A stretch of DNA of 64,000 nucleotides from an uncultured Thermoplasmata archaeon (GTDB lineage: Archaea; Thermoplasmatota; Thermoplasmata; Lutacidiplasmatales; UBA184): NCBI GenBank assembly GCA_963842165.1, contig CAWJFK010000025.1:125681-189680 (forward strand), written 5' to 3'. The notes below the pieces were generated by a model. The model saw only the letters and a program-made list of their open reading frames with translations, had not been told where the DNA came from and made no database searches. Positions within the stretch are counted from its first letter, which is position 1; the number at the start of each line of letters is the position of its first letter. This document shows positions 53,712-63,641 of this stretch, in pieces. Position numbers and translations under genes: made by a program.

Positions 53712-54088
53712 GACGAAGGGCGCTCCGGATCACTCCTCGCGCCCGGGGGATGCGGGGGGCCGGAGTTCCCGGCCGCCGGTCGGTGCGGACCGGCCGGCCC
53801 TTTGAACCGGCGTATGCCCTAGGCAACAGGGTCCTAAGCCCTGCCTCGGTAGCCCCACCGGCGAGCGCCGGCGGTTTGGCCGAGCTGGAGCACCCCCGCA
53901 CAGGAAGGAAGGATCGGACCGCGGAGTAGCCCCGGCAGGAGTTCCGGACCGCGGGCTCGCGGACTCCCGCGGCTTTCGAACCTGCGTCGCGAGATCCAGA
54001 GTCTCGCATGATTGGCCACTACACTACGGGGCTACAGCGCGAGCCAGCGGGGGGCCGTTGATAAAACATTCCCCCGGGTCGCGCTTGT

Positions 54089-54402
54089 TCAGCCCTCGAG
54101 CGGAGGGGCGCGCGTGCCGGCCCGTGACGAGGACTGGCGCAATCGCCGCTCCACTTCGTCGTCGGTCAGGTCGTCGACTTCCAGCACCTTCGCTCGGTCA
54201 ACCCGGCCCGTTCCCAACGGACCGCCGTGTGCGGGACGTCCAACCAATCGGCCACGAGTTCGAGGACCGCTCGATTCGCCTGTCCGCCGGTCGGAGCGGC
54301 CCGACAGGCGACCACCCAGCGCGTCCTCCATGGATCCCACCCCGAGTCCGTTCTCTTTCGATCCGGGCTTGACCCAGAGAGAGACTCGCGCCAACGGGGC
54401 AC
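54089..54402 (-). CDS. DUF167 (YggU/UPF0235) family protein, frameshifted
   Basis: ...AAPTGGQANRAVLELVADWLDVPHTAVRWERAGLTERAKVLEVDDLTDDEV... matches the GKAN..L...LA..L.V..S.V.I..G..SR.K motif. Confidence 0.55.
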
Positions 54403-54517
54403 CCGACGGGATGCGTAGCCTTAGAGCGCCCGGTCGTCGGGGTGAGTGCCCGGAACCCACTCTCCGGACTGAACGGGGATGAGCGCCATACCGCCAGGCC
54501 GACCGTGACGCGGGGGC

Positions 54518-55217
54518 TCACTCGCGACGGGGGCGCCGGCGCGGGCGCTCGTCCTCGTCCCCGTCGTCTCGGCTCTCCCGCCGACGGAATCCTCCGCCCG
54601 GAGGCCGACTGTACGGGCGCGATCCACCCCGACCGCCGAACTTCCCTCGGGGAGGTCCGCGTTCGAACCGGCGCGCACCGCCACCCCGACCCCCCTCGAA
54701 CTCGCGACGGGGAGGCAGGGTGAACCGATTGCCGCAGGAACCGCATTCGCCCGAGATCGTTCCGTCCGGCGCCGTGGTGAACCGGAGGGGACCTCCGCAC
54801 TCTCGGCAGGGTCGGGCGTTCGACGGACGGGAGCCGGGACCTGAATCGTCAGAACGCTCGGGCCGAGGCGCGCCCCTTCGCGGGAACTCGCGGGGTGCCA
54901 TCCCTGCCGGGTACGTACGAAGAGACCGCTCCGCATCCGGTACAGGTGGCTTCGATCCCGGGGCCACCGGAGGAACGGAACGTCAGCGGAGCGCCGCAGG
55001 CCTGGCAGGGCGGCCCGGCCGCTGCCGGGGCGGCGGTCTTCCAGGATCGAGCCGCGTCGGGACCGCCCGCCGTCCCCGGCTGGTCGGTGCCCGGGCCGGC
55101 CCCCTCCTGCAGAACGGTGAGCTGGTGTCCGCATCCACCGCAGGTGCCGGTCAGCACGGTGGTCGTTCGAGCGTCATATTCCATGGCCGTTCCACAGTCG
55201 GGACAGGTGCGCGTCAT
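54518..55217 (-). CDS. Triple zinc-ribbon repeat protein with Arg/Gly-rich (RGG-like) C-terminal tail, frameshifted
   Basis: MTRTCPDCGTAMEYDARTTTVLTGTCGGCGHQLTV / PCQACGAPLTFRSSGGPGIEATCTGCGAVSSYVP / PCRECGGPLRFTTAPDGTISGECGSCGNRFTLP followed by GGRGGGARRFERGPPRGKFGGRGGSRPYSRPPGGGFRRRE. Confidence 0.55.
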
Positions 55218-55569
55218 GTTCGTGAGGAAATGTACGGGCGTCGACCCCTCATTACGCCGCCCCCCGCCGTCGGGGTTGTCCATCCGCCAGCGCCGGCCCC
55301 GCCGGACCAAGGCTTCGGCGCCACTGCCCCGCCCGTCGGGAGGACTGGGCCGCCCCGCGGCCAGTCCGACCCAATGTCACAAATAGGCTCGCTTCGTCCG
55401 CGTCACATCCATGTCCGGGGGGACGCATGGCGCTCGACACCTCGATTCGTTCGCTGGAGAAGGGGGATCGGCACCACCGGCGGCCGTCGGGAGCCCGGGC
55501 GAACTCGTTCCACGGCTGAGGCTCCTTCGGCCACGTCCGCCTGGTGGCAAGGCACTCATCGCTCGGCGA

Positions 55570-57254
55570 TGTTCTACCTACTCACGCCGCTCCTCGCCGG
55601 CGGCGTAGCGGCCGCGACGGTCGGCATTTCCCTCATCGGATTCGCCGGCTATCTCCCGACGGCGAGCGTCGACCTCCTCTACTCGTTCCTCCGGATGTGC
55701 GCCGCCTACGCGGGGTCGCTCGGGTTCTCGCTCGCCTACGGATACTACGCCGCGACCCGCCGGCAAGGCGAACGCGTCATGATCCCGGTGCTCGACATCC
55801 TCCAATCCGTCCCGATCCTCGGTTTCTTTCCCGTCGCCATCGTCGCCTTGGCGGACCTCACGCCGAACAGCTGGGTCGGCCCGAACATCGCTTCGGTCTT
55901 CCTCATCTTCACCTCGATGTCGTGGAACATGGTCTTCGGCGTCTACGAGTCGGTCAAGACCCTCCCGGCCGACCTTCGGGAGGCGACCGACTCGTTTGGC
56001 GTCCGGGGCATCCAACGATTTCGCCAGGTGCTCTTCCCGGCGATCGATCGAACCGTCTCGTCTACAACTCGGTCCTTTCGTGGACCGCGGGTTGGTTCTT
56101 CCTCGTCGAGGCGGAGATCTTCACGACGAACGGGGGCGGCGCGCTCCCCGGCATCGGGAGCTACCTCTCGTTCGCCGCGGGGAATCACAACGGGACCGCC
56201 TTCCTGACTGGCCTCGTCCTCCTCGTCAGTGTCATCGCGGTCCTCGACTTCGGGGTCTGGCGCCCCCTCGGCCGTTTCGCGGAGCGGTTCCGGTACCATT
56301 CGTCCCCCTCGGGGGAAGGCGAGGTCACCGGCATCGGGACGACCACGACCCGGTTCCGGCGCGCGGCCGGGTACATCGCGCGCGGGGTCCGTTCGGGGGT
56401 CACGCGGGTCAGCACTCCGCTGGTGCAGCTTGCCGCGATCCCGTTCCGTTCCTCCTCCGGCCGTCGGCAGCGCGAAGACCACCACCCGGCGCTCTACTAC
56501 GGGATCCTGGGCGCCGATCCTCGTCGCGGTCTGGCTCCTCTTGATCGAGATCGTCGTGGCCATCTTCAACGTTTTCTCCGCCCCGCTCGTCTCAGTCGGT
56601 GCGAGACCAAGATCCCTAGACCTCCCCCTCGAGATGGGCCTCTCACTCGTTCGGGTCGTGTTGGCCTTCACCTTCTGTCTCTCCATCGCCCTGCCGCTCG
56701 CCATCCTCCTCTCGAGGAGGCCGCGGGCGGCGCGCGTCGGGCTCCCCATCGTGGAAGTGGTCGCCTCGTTCCCCGCGACGGCGCTCTTCCCGGTCATCAT
56801 CTTCGAACTGCTCCCGTACATCAGCGGGGAGGGGGCGGCGGTCCTGATGCTGATGACCGGAATGATGTGGTATCTCTTCTTCAACCTCCTCTCAGGGATC
56901 CGGGGGCTGCCTCCAGATCTGGAGGAGGCCTCGCGCTCGTTCGGGGTCAAAGGCCGGGGCTTCTTCGCCAAGGTGCTCCTCCCCGGCGTCTTCCCCGCGC
57001 TCATCACGGGGTCGATCACGGCGTTCGGCGGCGGCTGGAACACGTTGATCGTCGCCGAGTACCTGAACGTGGTACTTCCAGACGTTCCGGGTGCCGGGGA
57101 TCGGCTCCGCCATCGATATCGGTTACGCCGAGCCGAACGGCCTCCCGCTCATGGTCGCCGCCCTGCTCACCCTGGTGCTCGCGGTGATCGCCATCAACGA
57201 ACTCATATGGAAGCCGCTCTACCGCCGGGCGGTCGAGAAGTACCGGTACGACTG
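55570..57254 (+). CDS. ABC transporter permease, duplicated NitT/TauT-type permease domains fused (multiple frameshifts)
   Basis: First domain: ...FTSMSWNMVFGVYESVKTLPADLREATDSFGVRGIQRFRQVLFPAI; second domain: ...MMWYLFFNLLSGIRGLPPDLEEASRSFGVKGRGFFAKVLLPGVFPAL.... Confidence 0.7.
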
Positions 57255-57295
57255 ACGCGGCCGGCACCGGGATCGAAGGGCGCGGGAGGGTACGG

Positions 57296-58120
57296 ATGGC
57301 ACTGATCCGCGTGGAGAACGTGGGCAAGAGCTTCGCGTCCCGCCACGGCACGATGTCGATCATGGAGGGCATCACGTTCGACGTGAAGGACGCGGATTTC
57401 CTCGCGATCGTCGGTCCCTCCGGCTGCGGCAAGTCGACGCTGCTCCGCCTCATCCAGGGACTGGACCACCCCACGTCAGGGCCAGATCTACTTCCGCGGA
57501 CCAGCCCGTCGACCGCGTGTGCCACGAGATGGCGATGGTGTTCCAGAACTTCGCGCTCCTGCCGTGGCTGACCGTCTCCCAGAACGTCACGTTCGGGCTG
57601 GAGGCGCTCGGCTGGGCGCCGGACCGGATCCGGGCCCAGTCGGAGCGCTACATCTCCGTCACCGGTCTCGAGGGGTTCGAAGAGGCCTATCCGCGGGAGC
57701 TCTCGGGCGGGATGCGGCAGCGAGTCGGGCTCGCCCGGGCGCTCGCCGTGGAGCCGGCGGTCCTGCTCATGGACGAGCCATTCAGCGCGCTCGACCCCCT
57801 GACCGCGGAGAGCCTTCGCGAGGAGGTCCTCCAACTCTGGAGGGACCCGGGGCTTCCGCCGGAGGCCGTCGTGCTCGTCACCCACAACATCGAAGAAGCG
57901 ATCCAGCTCGCCGACCGGATCGTCTGTCATGGCGCATGCGCCCCTCCCACGTCTTGGAGCAGGTCGAAGTTGACCTCCCCCGGCCGCGCGACCGGAAGTC
58001 GAGCGCGTTCTACGACCTCACCGACCGCGTCTACTCGCTCATCACGGAAAGCGGGGTCCCCCGCCCCGCCCGGGCCGCCGCCCCCCCGGTGGCCCCGCCG
58101 TCTTCACAACCCTTATAGGG
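57296..58120 (+). CDS. ABC transporter ATP-binding protein (NitT/TauT family), frameshifted
   Basis: ...LAIVGPSGCGKSTLLRL... Walker A; LSGGMRQRVGLARAL signature; LLMDEPFSALD Walker B. Confidence 0.8.
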
Positions 58121-58156
58121 CTCGTCCTCGGTCCGGTTCCCCTCTACGGAGAATCC

Positions 58157-58771
58157 TTGGCAACCAGCTATCCGAAGTGCAGCCCGACCGAGATGATGGG
58201 CCTGCTCGTCCTGTTGAACTCGCACAACGGGTCCGAGGACGTGGCGCGCCTGGCCGACGACCTCGACCTCGAGATCGACGAAATCCTGCCCTCGGTCGAG
58301 TACGCGGAAGTGCTCCAGCTCGTCAAGGTCTCGGACGGCCACACGACCCTCACTGACCTCGGGAAGAAGTTCCTGGCCGCCACCATCCGGGAGCGAAAGT
58401 CGATCCTGCGCGAGCAGCTCGCCCGCACGACGCTCTTCCGCACCCTCCTCCGCGCCCTCGACCGGGCCCCGGAACGCCAGTTGAGCGACGAGGAGCTGGG
58501 CTCGATCGTGTCGCTCGCCCAGGCGCCGCTCGAGGACGCGGTCCAGAACATCGTCAACTGGGGTCGGTACGCGGAGCTGTTCCGGTACGATTCGGACGAG
58601 CACCGCCTGACCGCCATCCGGTACCCCTCCGCGAAGACCGGGGGCGGTTCGCGACCCCCGCCGCCGTCCTCGCCGGGCGAGTCAAAGACCCGTCCGACCG
58701 CGGCTCGCTCGGCCCGCGCCCCTTCGGATACGGAGACCCGGACCGCGCCGCTGGCCGTTCTCGCGACGTGA
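58157..58771 (+). CDS. AAA-associated domain protein (the C-terminal domain usually fused to NitT/TauT ABC ATPases), stand-alone
   Basis: ...MGLLVLLNSHNGSEDVARLADDLDLEIDEILPSVEYAEVLQLVKVSDGHTTLTDLGKKFL.... Located immediately after the ABC ATPase. Confidence 0.5.
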   Translation: MATSYPKCSPTEMMGLLVLLNSHNGSEDVARLADDLDLEIDEILPSVEYAEVLQLVKVSDGHTTLTDLGKKFLAATIRERKSILREQLARTTLFRTLLRALDRAPERQLSDEELGSIVSLAQAPLEDAVQNIVNWGRYAELFRYDSDEHRLTAIRYPSAKTGGGSRPPPPSSPGESKTRPTAARSARAPSDTETRTAPLAVLAT

Positions 58772-58839
58772 CCTCGCGGCGACGGGGCCGCTGGCTGCCC
58801 AGAAGCCCTTAAACTGGGTCGGCCCTCCCCCGCGCCGTT

Positions 58840-58911
58840 GGGCACGTAGATCAGCGGAAGATCGCTGCTTTCGCAAAGCAGAGGTCGGGGGTTCAAATCC
58901 CCCCGTGTCCA
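58840..58911 (+). tRNA. tRNA-Ala (anticodon CGC)
   Basis: GGGCACG-TA-GATC-AGCGGAA-GATC-G-CTGCT-TTCGCAA-AGCAG-AGGTC-GGGGG-TTCAAAT-CCCCC-CGTGTCC-A; the G3:U70 Ala identity pair is present. Confidence 0.9.
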
Positions 58912-58928
58912 CTGGACCTCGGAGATCG

Positions 58929-59876
58929 ATGATGCCGCGCTCCCTTCGCGAATCCCTCCGGGACCACCCCCTGTTCTTCGCCCCGGTGCTGCCCTCCCTG
59001 CGGAGCCCCGCTCACCGGATCGCCGAGCGGGTCGACGAAACGGCTCGACTGCTCCTGAAGGCGCCTCGGGTCGATGCGGTGTACATCCCCGAGCTGGTGG
59101 AGGAGAACCACGAAGGCCGCCCCCGGTACCGTTCCTACGACCCCGGAGAGTACGTGGTCCACGTGACCAGCCGCACGGGCCACCCCGGGATCGTGACGAA
59201 GGTCGTCGCGCACGTCGAGAGCCCTTCGGCGCTGAGGGACTGGGCGGAGCGCAGTGTCCGGAGGGGAGTGCAGAACATCGTACTCGTGGGGGGATCGAGC
59301 GACCGGATACCGTATCCCGAACCTCCGGTCGAGGAGGCCGACCGGATCGTCGTCCCGATCCTCGCGGCGCAGGGAGGGGTCGTCGGCAACATCACGATTC
59401 CCCACCGAGCCGAGGAGGCCACCCGCATGCTTCGGAAGACGCGGGCCGGGGTCGTCTTCTTCACGAGCCAACTGTTGTTCGAGGCCCAGGGGATCATTGA
59501 CGCGATCACGGGGTATGGCCGACTGTGCGCGGCGGCCGGGATCACCCCCGCGACCGTCGTCCTCAGTTTCGCCCCCTTGGGCGACGAGGACGACATCGAG
59601 TTCGTGCGGTGGCTCGGAGCCCACCTGCCCGACGACGTCGAGCAGGCGCTCCTTCAAGACGAACAAGCGCTCTCGCGACGCACCGTGGAGCTCGCCCTGA
59701 GCGTGTGGACCGAGGTCGTGGGAGCCACGGCCGGGGCCGGGGTCCCCCTCGGGGTCAGCGTCGAGCAAGTGTCGACCCGGCACTTCGTCAGCGCGCGGGA
59801 CTTGCTGATCGCGTTCAGCGGGCTTCTACCAGAGCGGCGACGGTCGTCCGTCTCCGCGGGGCCGGAGGTCAGGTGA
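58929..59876 (+). CDS. metF: Methylenetetrahydrofolate reductase-like (MetF family) protein
   Basis: Intact ORF; ...VDAVYIPELVEE...VLVGGSSDRIP...FFTSQLLFEAQGIIDA... fits the MTHFR fold. Confidence 0.55.
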   Translation: MMPRSLRESLRDHPLFFAPVLPSLRSPAHRIAERVDETARLLLKAPRVDAVYIPELVEENHEGRPRYRSYDPGEYVVHVTSRTGHPGIVTKVVAHVESPSALRDWAERSVRRGVQNIVLVGGSSDRIPYPEPPVEEADRIVVPILAAQGGVVGNITIPHRAEEATRMLRKTRAGVVFFTSQLLFEAQGIIDAITGYGRLCAAAGITPATVVLSFAPLGDEDDIEFVRWLGAHLPDDVEQALLQDEQALSRRTVELALSVWTEVVGATAGAGVPLGVSVEQVSTRHFVSARDLLIAFSGLLPERRRSSVSAGPEVR

Positions 59877-60851
59877 CGGCCGAATCCCGACCGGTCTACG
59901 CCAGCCTCACCTCCCCCTTCCCTCGACCGGAGCGGTTGGTCGCGGCCACGCGCGACCTCGACCGGGGACGGACGACCCCGGAGCTCGCCGAGAAGGCGTT
60001 CGTCGAGGCGGAGACCGAGCTCCTCGCCCTCGAGGAACGCCTTTTCTCCAATGTGACCGCCGGCTATCTCCGTTGGAACGATCTCTTCCGCCCATTCGCC
60101 GAGACCTGGGGCGGTTTCACCGTCGGCCCGCTGACGCGCTGGTTGGAGACCAATACGTTCTTCCGGCAACCCATCCTCTCCGGTCCGCCGCACCGGTCGC
60201 CGGGCGCGATCGCCGCCCGCCTCCCGCCTCCGCTCGCGGCCCGGGCGGCGTCCGCGCGGGTGTTCCTGCCCGGCCCCTACACGCTCACGAAGGTTATCGA
60301 AAATCGTTCGGACGCGTCGGAGGTTGAGGTCCTGCTCACCCTTGGCCGCCTGCTCGGTGAGGAGGTCCAGGAGCTGAGCTCGCACGGGTTCGGTGTGTTC
60401 CAGTTCAGCGACCCGATGCTGGTGACAGACCCTCCCGAAAGTTCGCTCGCCGACGGGGTGGTCGCCGCGTATGGGTCGATCGTCGAAGCCCGCCCGCGCG
60501 ACGACCGTGGTCTGGACGTTCGGCGGCGGGGCCGGTCCCGCCCTCCCGCTGCTCGACCGGCTGCCGGTGTCGGTCGTTGGGATCGACCTGACCGAGACCG
60601 AGCCGGAAGCGCTCCGGCCGGGACCGGAACGTCTCGGGCTCGGCCTCGGGATCATCGACCCTCGCACAACGTTGCCGGAGACCCTGGCCGACTCGGTCGG
60701 GGTCGTCCGCGAGGCCCTTCGGCGCGGCCTCGTCGAGTGTTTGGCTCGGCCCGGGCGCTCCGCTCGACCTCCTTCCGGCGCGACCGGCCGAGCAAAAGCT
60801 CCTGCGGCTCTCCGACGTCCGGCACGCCCTGCTTCGGGAGGGATGGGATTG
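59873..60851 (+). CDS. Cobalamin-independent methionine synthase N-terminal-domain-like protein (frameshifted)
   Basis: GTG start overlapping the metF stop; ...LFSNVTAGYLRWNDLFRPFAE...PGPYTLTKVIENRSDASEVEVLLTLGRLLGEEVQELSSHGFGVFQFSDPML...; the end ...LLRLSDVRHALLREGWD lies in an alternate frame. Confidence 0.6.
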
Positions 60852-62008
60852 AGCGCGCCCCTGTTCCCGACCCAAGAGATCGGCAGCCTCCAGAAGCCAG
60901 TCGCTCGAGGCCCTCCATGAGTGGGAAGAGCGCGTTCACTTCCTCTCTCGACTCGCGCACATTCCCGAGGAGGTGCTCCGACACCCCGACGTGGCGACGC
61001 TTCAGAACCTCCGGGCCGCGTTCGCGATCGCGTTCCTCGAATCCGCGGGTCTCGACCGAGTGTACGACGGGGAAGCCCGCCGGGTCGAGATGTACCGGTA
61101 CCGCGGTTCGCCAGATGACCGGCTTCCAGTTCCAGGGCCATGTCCGCTCGTGGGACTCGAAGTCCTACCGCAAGGGGACGGTCGTCAGCCGCGTCGACCT
61201 GATCGCCCCGTACCATCTCGAAGAGTTCGACTTCGTGCGCGAGCACGCCCGCGCCGCGGTCAAGCTACCGATCACCGGCCCCTACACCCTGGCCGACTGG
61301 AGCTACAGACGAGTCTATCTCGCCCGGCAACCCGGTTGGAAGGGGCGCCCTCAGCGGCGGGCCGCGCAGCGCGAGTTCGTGGTCGACCTGGCTCGGCGGG
61401 TGCTGCGGCCCACCCTCCAGGGCCTGATCGCGCACGGCTGCCGGGTGATCCAGATCGACGAGCCGGCGGCCGGCACCCACCCGGACGAGGCGCCCCTCGT
61501 CGTCGAGGGATTCAACGAGGCGACCGAGGGATTGGACGCCGAATTCTCGATGCACATCTGCTACTCCCGCTACCAGGACCTCCTCCCCGCCCTCCTCGAG
61601 GCGAAGGCGTGCCGGCAGTGGGCCTGGGAGTTCGCGAACCGGGACGGAGAGGGTCACGACGCGTACGAGGTGCTGAAGCTCCTGCGGGAGTACTCGGATA
61701 CGCGGTCGATCGGTCTCGGTGTGGTGGACGTGCACCGCAACGGGATCGAGACCCCGGCCGTGGTGTCCGAACGCATCCTGCGCGCGAGCCGGTACCTCGG
61801 AGACCCGGCGCGGATCTGGGTGAATCCGGATTGCGGCCTTCGGACCCGCAGCCTCGAAGTGGCGTACGCCAAGCTTCAGGCGATGGTCGAGGGAGCGAAG
61901 CTCGCCGGACCAGGTCGAGGGACCCGCTCGCTGATACGGGCGGAAGAGAAGGCACTTCGCGCGCCCGCCGCGGAGCCCGGGAGACGCACCACCGGACCGC
62001 GCCCGTGA
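60844..62008 (+). CDS. metE: Cobalamin-independent methionine synthase catalytic (C-terminal, UroD-like) domain protein (frameshifted; 3' end uncertain)
   Basis: MGLSAPLFPTQEIGSLQKP...; ...ITGPYTLADWSY...IQIDEPAAG...EFSMHICYSRYQD... (Zn ligands), ...IWVNPDCGLRTRSLEVAYAKLQAMVEGAK. Confidence 0.7.
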
Positions 62009-62021
62009 GGGGGGTCCGCTA

Positions 62022-62681
62022 ATGGGTTCGGTCGCGCTCAGGTCCGGCGTGAGGAGGGCCCCCCGTGAGCCCGTCCGATGTGTCCTCTTCGACATCGGCG
62101 GAGTCCTCGTCCGATGGGATGACGAGGTGGCGTTCCGACGGGTCGCGCGCCGGTATCGCCTCGACCTTCGGCCCACATCGGCCGTACTGCGGGCGCTCCG
62201 GCCGGGACTTCAATCCGGGCGGCTCACGCTCTACGAATTCTGGTCCCGATTTGCACGAACGCTGCACGTCCCGGTTCCGGAGGACTGGCGGACGCTGTGG
62301 GCCACGGAACTCGAGCGGGGGGCTCGCCCCCGCCGCTCCGTGCAGATTCTCGCGTCCGACCTTCGACACGTCGGCGTGCGCACCGGCGTCTTCTCCAACA
62401 CGGACGCGTCCCACTGGCGACATTTCCGCTCCTCGGGATGGTTGGACGGGTTCTCACCGGCGATCCCGTCGTTCCAGATCCGGGCGGTCAAGCCCGCCCT
62501 CCTTGCGTTCCAGCGGGCGTCACGTCGTCTTCCCCCCGGTGCGGCACGTCCCGTGTTCGTCGACGACAGTCCGACCAACGTGGCCATGGGCCGGCGCGTG
62601 GGCTGGGACTCGCTCCGCTTCACGTCCGTCCCCCGATTGAGGAAGGAGCTCGCGGAACGCGGGCTCCTGGACCGAGCCTGA
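62022..62681 (+). CDS. HAD-superfamily hydrolase
   Basis: ...VRCVLFDIGGVLVRWDDE...GVFSNTDASHW...VFVDDSPTNVAMGRRVGW.... Confidence 0.6.
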   Translation: MGSVALRSGVRRAPREPVRCVLFDIGGVLVRWDDEVAFRRVARRYRLDLRPTSAVLRALRPGLQSGRLTLYEFWSRFARTLHVPVPEDWRTLWATELERGARPRRSVQILASDLRHVGVRTGVFSNTDASHWRHFRSSGWLDGFSPAIPSFQIRAVKPALLAFQRASRRLPPGAARPVFVDDSPTNVAMGRRVGWDSLRFTSVPRLRKELAERGLLDRA

Positions 62682-62798
62682 CTCGCGCGTCCTGGCGGGG
62701 CTGGCCCGATAACGGAGCACGAGCCCATCGCGGGCCCGCGGGACCGAACCCGGATCACAACTCGAACGGTTAATCTCCGCCGACCGGTTGGCGAACTC

Positions 62799-63470
62799 AT
62801 GGAATTTCGGCGCGAGTGCGGTCGTTGCCATGTCTCCCTGACCCCCGAGGAGTCCGCGTACATCTGTGCCCACGACTGCACCTTTTGCCCGACGTGCGTA
62901 CGCCAGCTGAAGTTCGTCTGCCCGAACTGCTCGGGCGAACTGGTTCGCCGACCGCGGCGCCCTGCGCCTCCGATCCCCCCGAGCAGGGCACCTCCGGCCC
63001 CCGACCCGGCCCTCTCCGTGCGCCGGGCTTCGGCCCAGGATCTCGATGCCTTGGTTCCTCTCTTCGACGGGTACCGACGGTTCTACCAGCAGGCCCCGGA
63101 CCTTTCGGGGGCGCGAACCTTCTTGACGGACCGACTCTCCCGCGAGGAGGCCGTGGTCCTGATTGCTGAGGACCGGGGTCGCGCCGTCGGGTTCACGCTC
63201 CTTTACCCTTCGTTCACGTCCGTCTCCCTGGGTCCGATCTTCGTGTTGAACGACCTCTTCGTGGCGCCCGAGGCACGTCGCAAGGGCGTCGGGGCTCGGC
63301 TCCTTGCGGCCGCCCGCACGTTCGGGGTGGAGCGCGGAGCCCACTTCCTCGAGCTCTCGACCGCGGTGGACAATCCGGCCCAGCATCTTTACGAATCCCA
63401 CGGCTGGAATCCGGAACCGGGAGTTTCTCCACTACGAGCTGCCGATCCCTTCCGGCTCTCGACCGGCGTA
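62799..63470 (+). CDS. DUF1272 zinc-finger domain fused to GNAT N-acetyltransferase (frameshift near 63410)
   Basis: MEFRRECGRCHVSLTPEESAYICAHDCTFCPTCVRQLKFVCPNCSGELVRRPRRP, then ...VGFTLLYPSFTSVSLGPIFVLNDLFVAPEARRKGVGARLLAAARTFGVERGAHFLELSTAVDNPAQHLYESHGW; the true end ...NREFLHYELPIPSGSRPA is in the +1 frame. Confidence 0.65.
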
Positions 63471-63610
63471 GCTCGACTTGGCCGAGGGGAGACTCGAGGC
63501 GGTGGGGGGCGGCCCGGTCCGAACCGGCGCCCCGCCTTCGCCGGGGGCCGAGAGACCGAAGAAAGGCGTAGAACCCCGCCCCGAAAGCGAATTTCGGGGG
63601 AGCCGCTTTC

Positions 63611-63620
63611 TTTATATACC
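63611..63620 (+). promoter_or_regulatory. TATA box (TTTATATACC) upstream of second TBP gene
   Basis: Same motif as at 22749; lies about 25-30 bp upstream of ATG 63642. A further AT-rich stretch GTTTTAAATACTATTTATAC follows. Confidence 0.5.
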
Positions 63621-63641
63621 GTTTTAAATACTATTTATACG

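Noticed and set aside
58905-58920. Palindrome TCCACTGGA immediately 3' of tRNA-Ala, reminiscent of the ORB core (TCCAGTGGA)
   Set aside because: It is a single copy, partly within the tRNA acceptor/trailer, with no flanking repeats or AT-rich unwinding element. Most likely it is a tRNA 3' processing context or coincidence.
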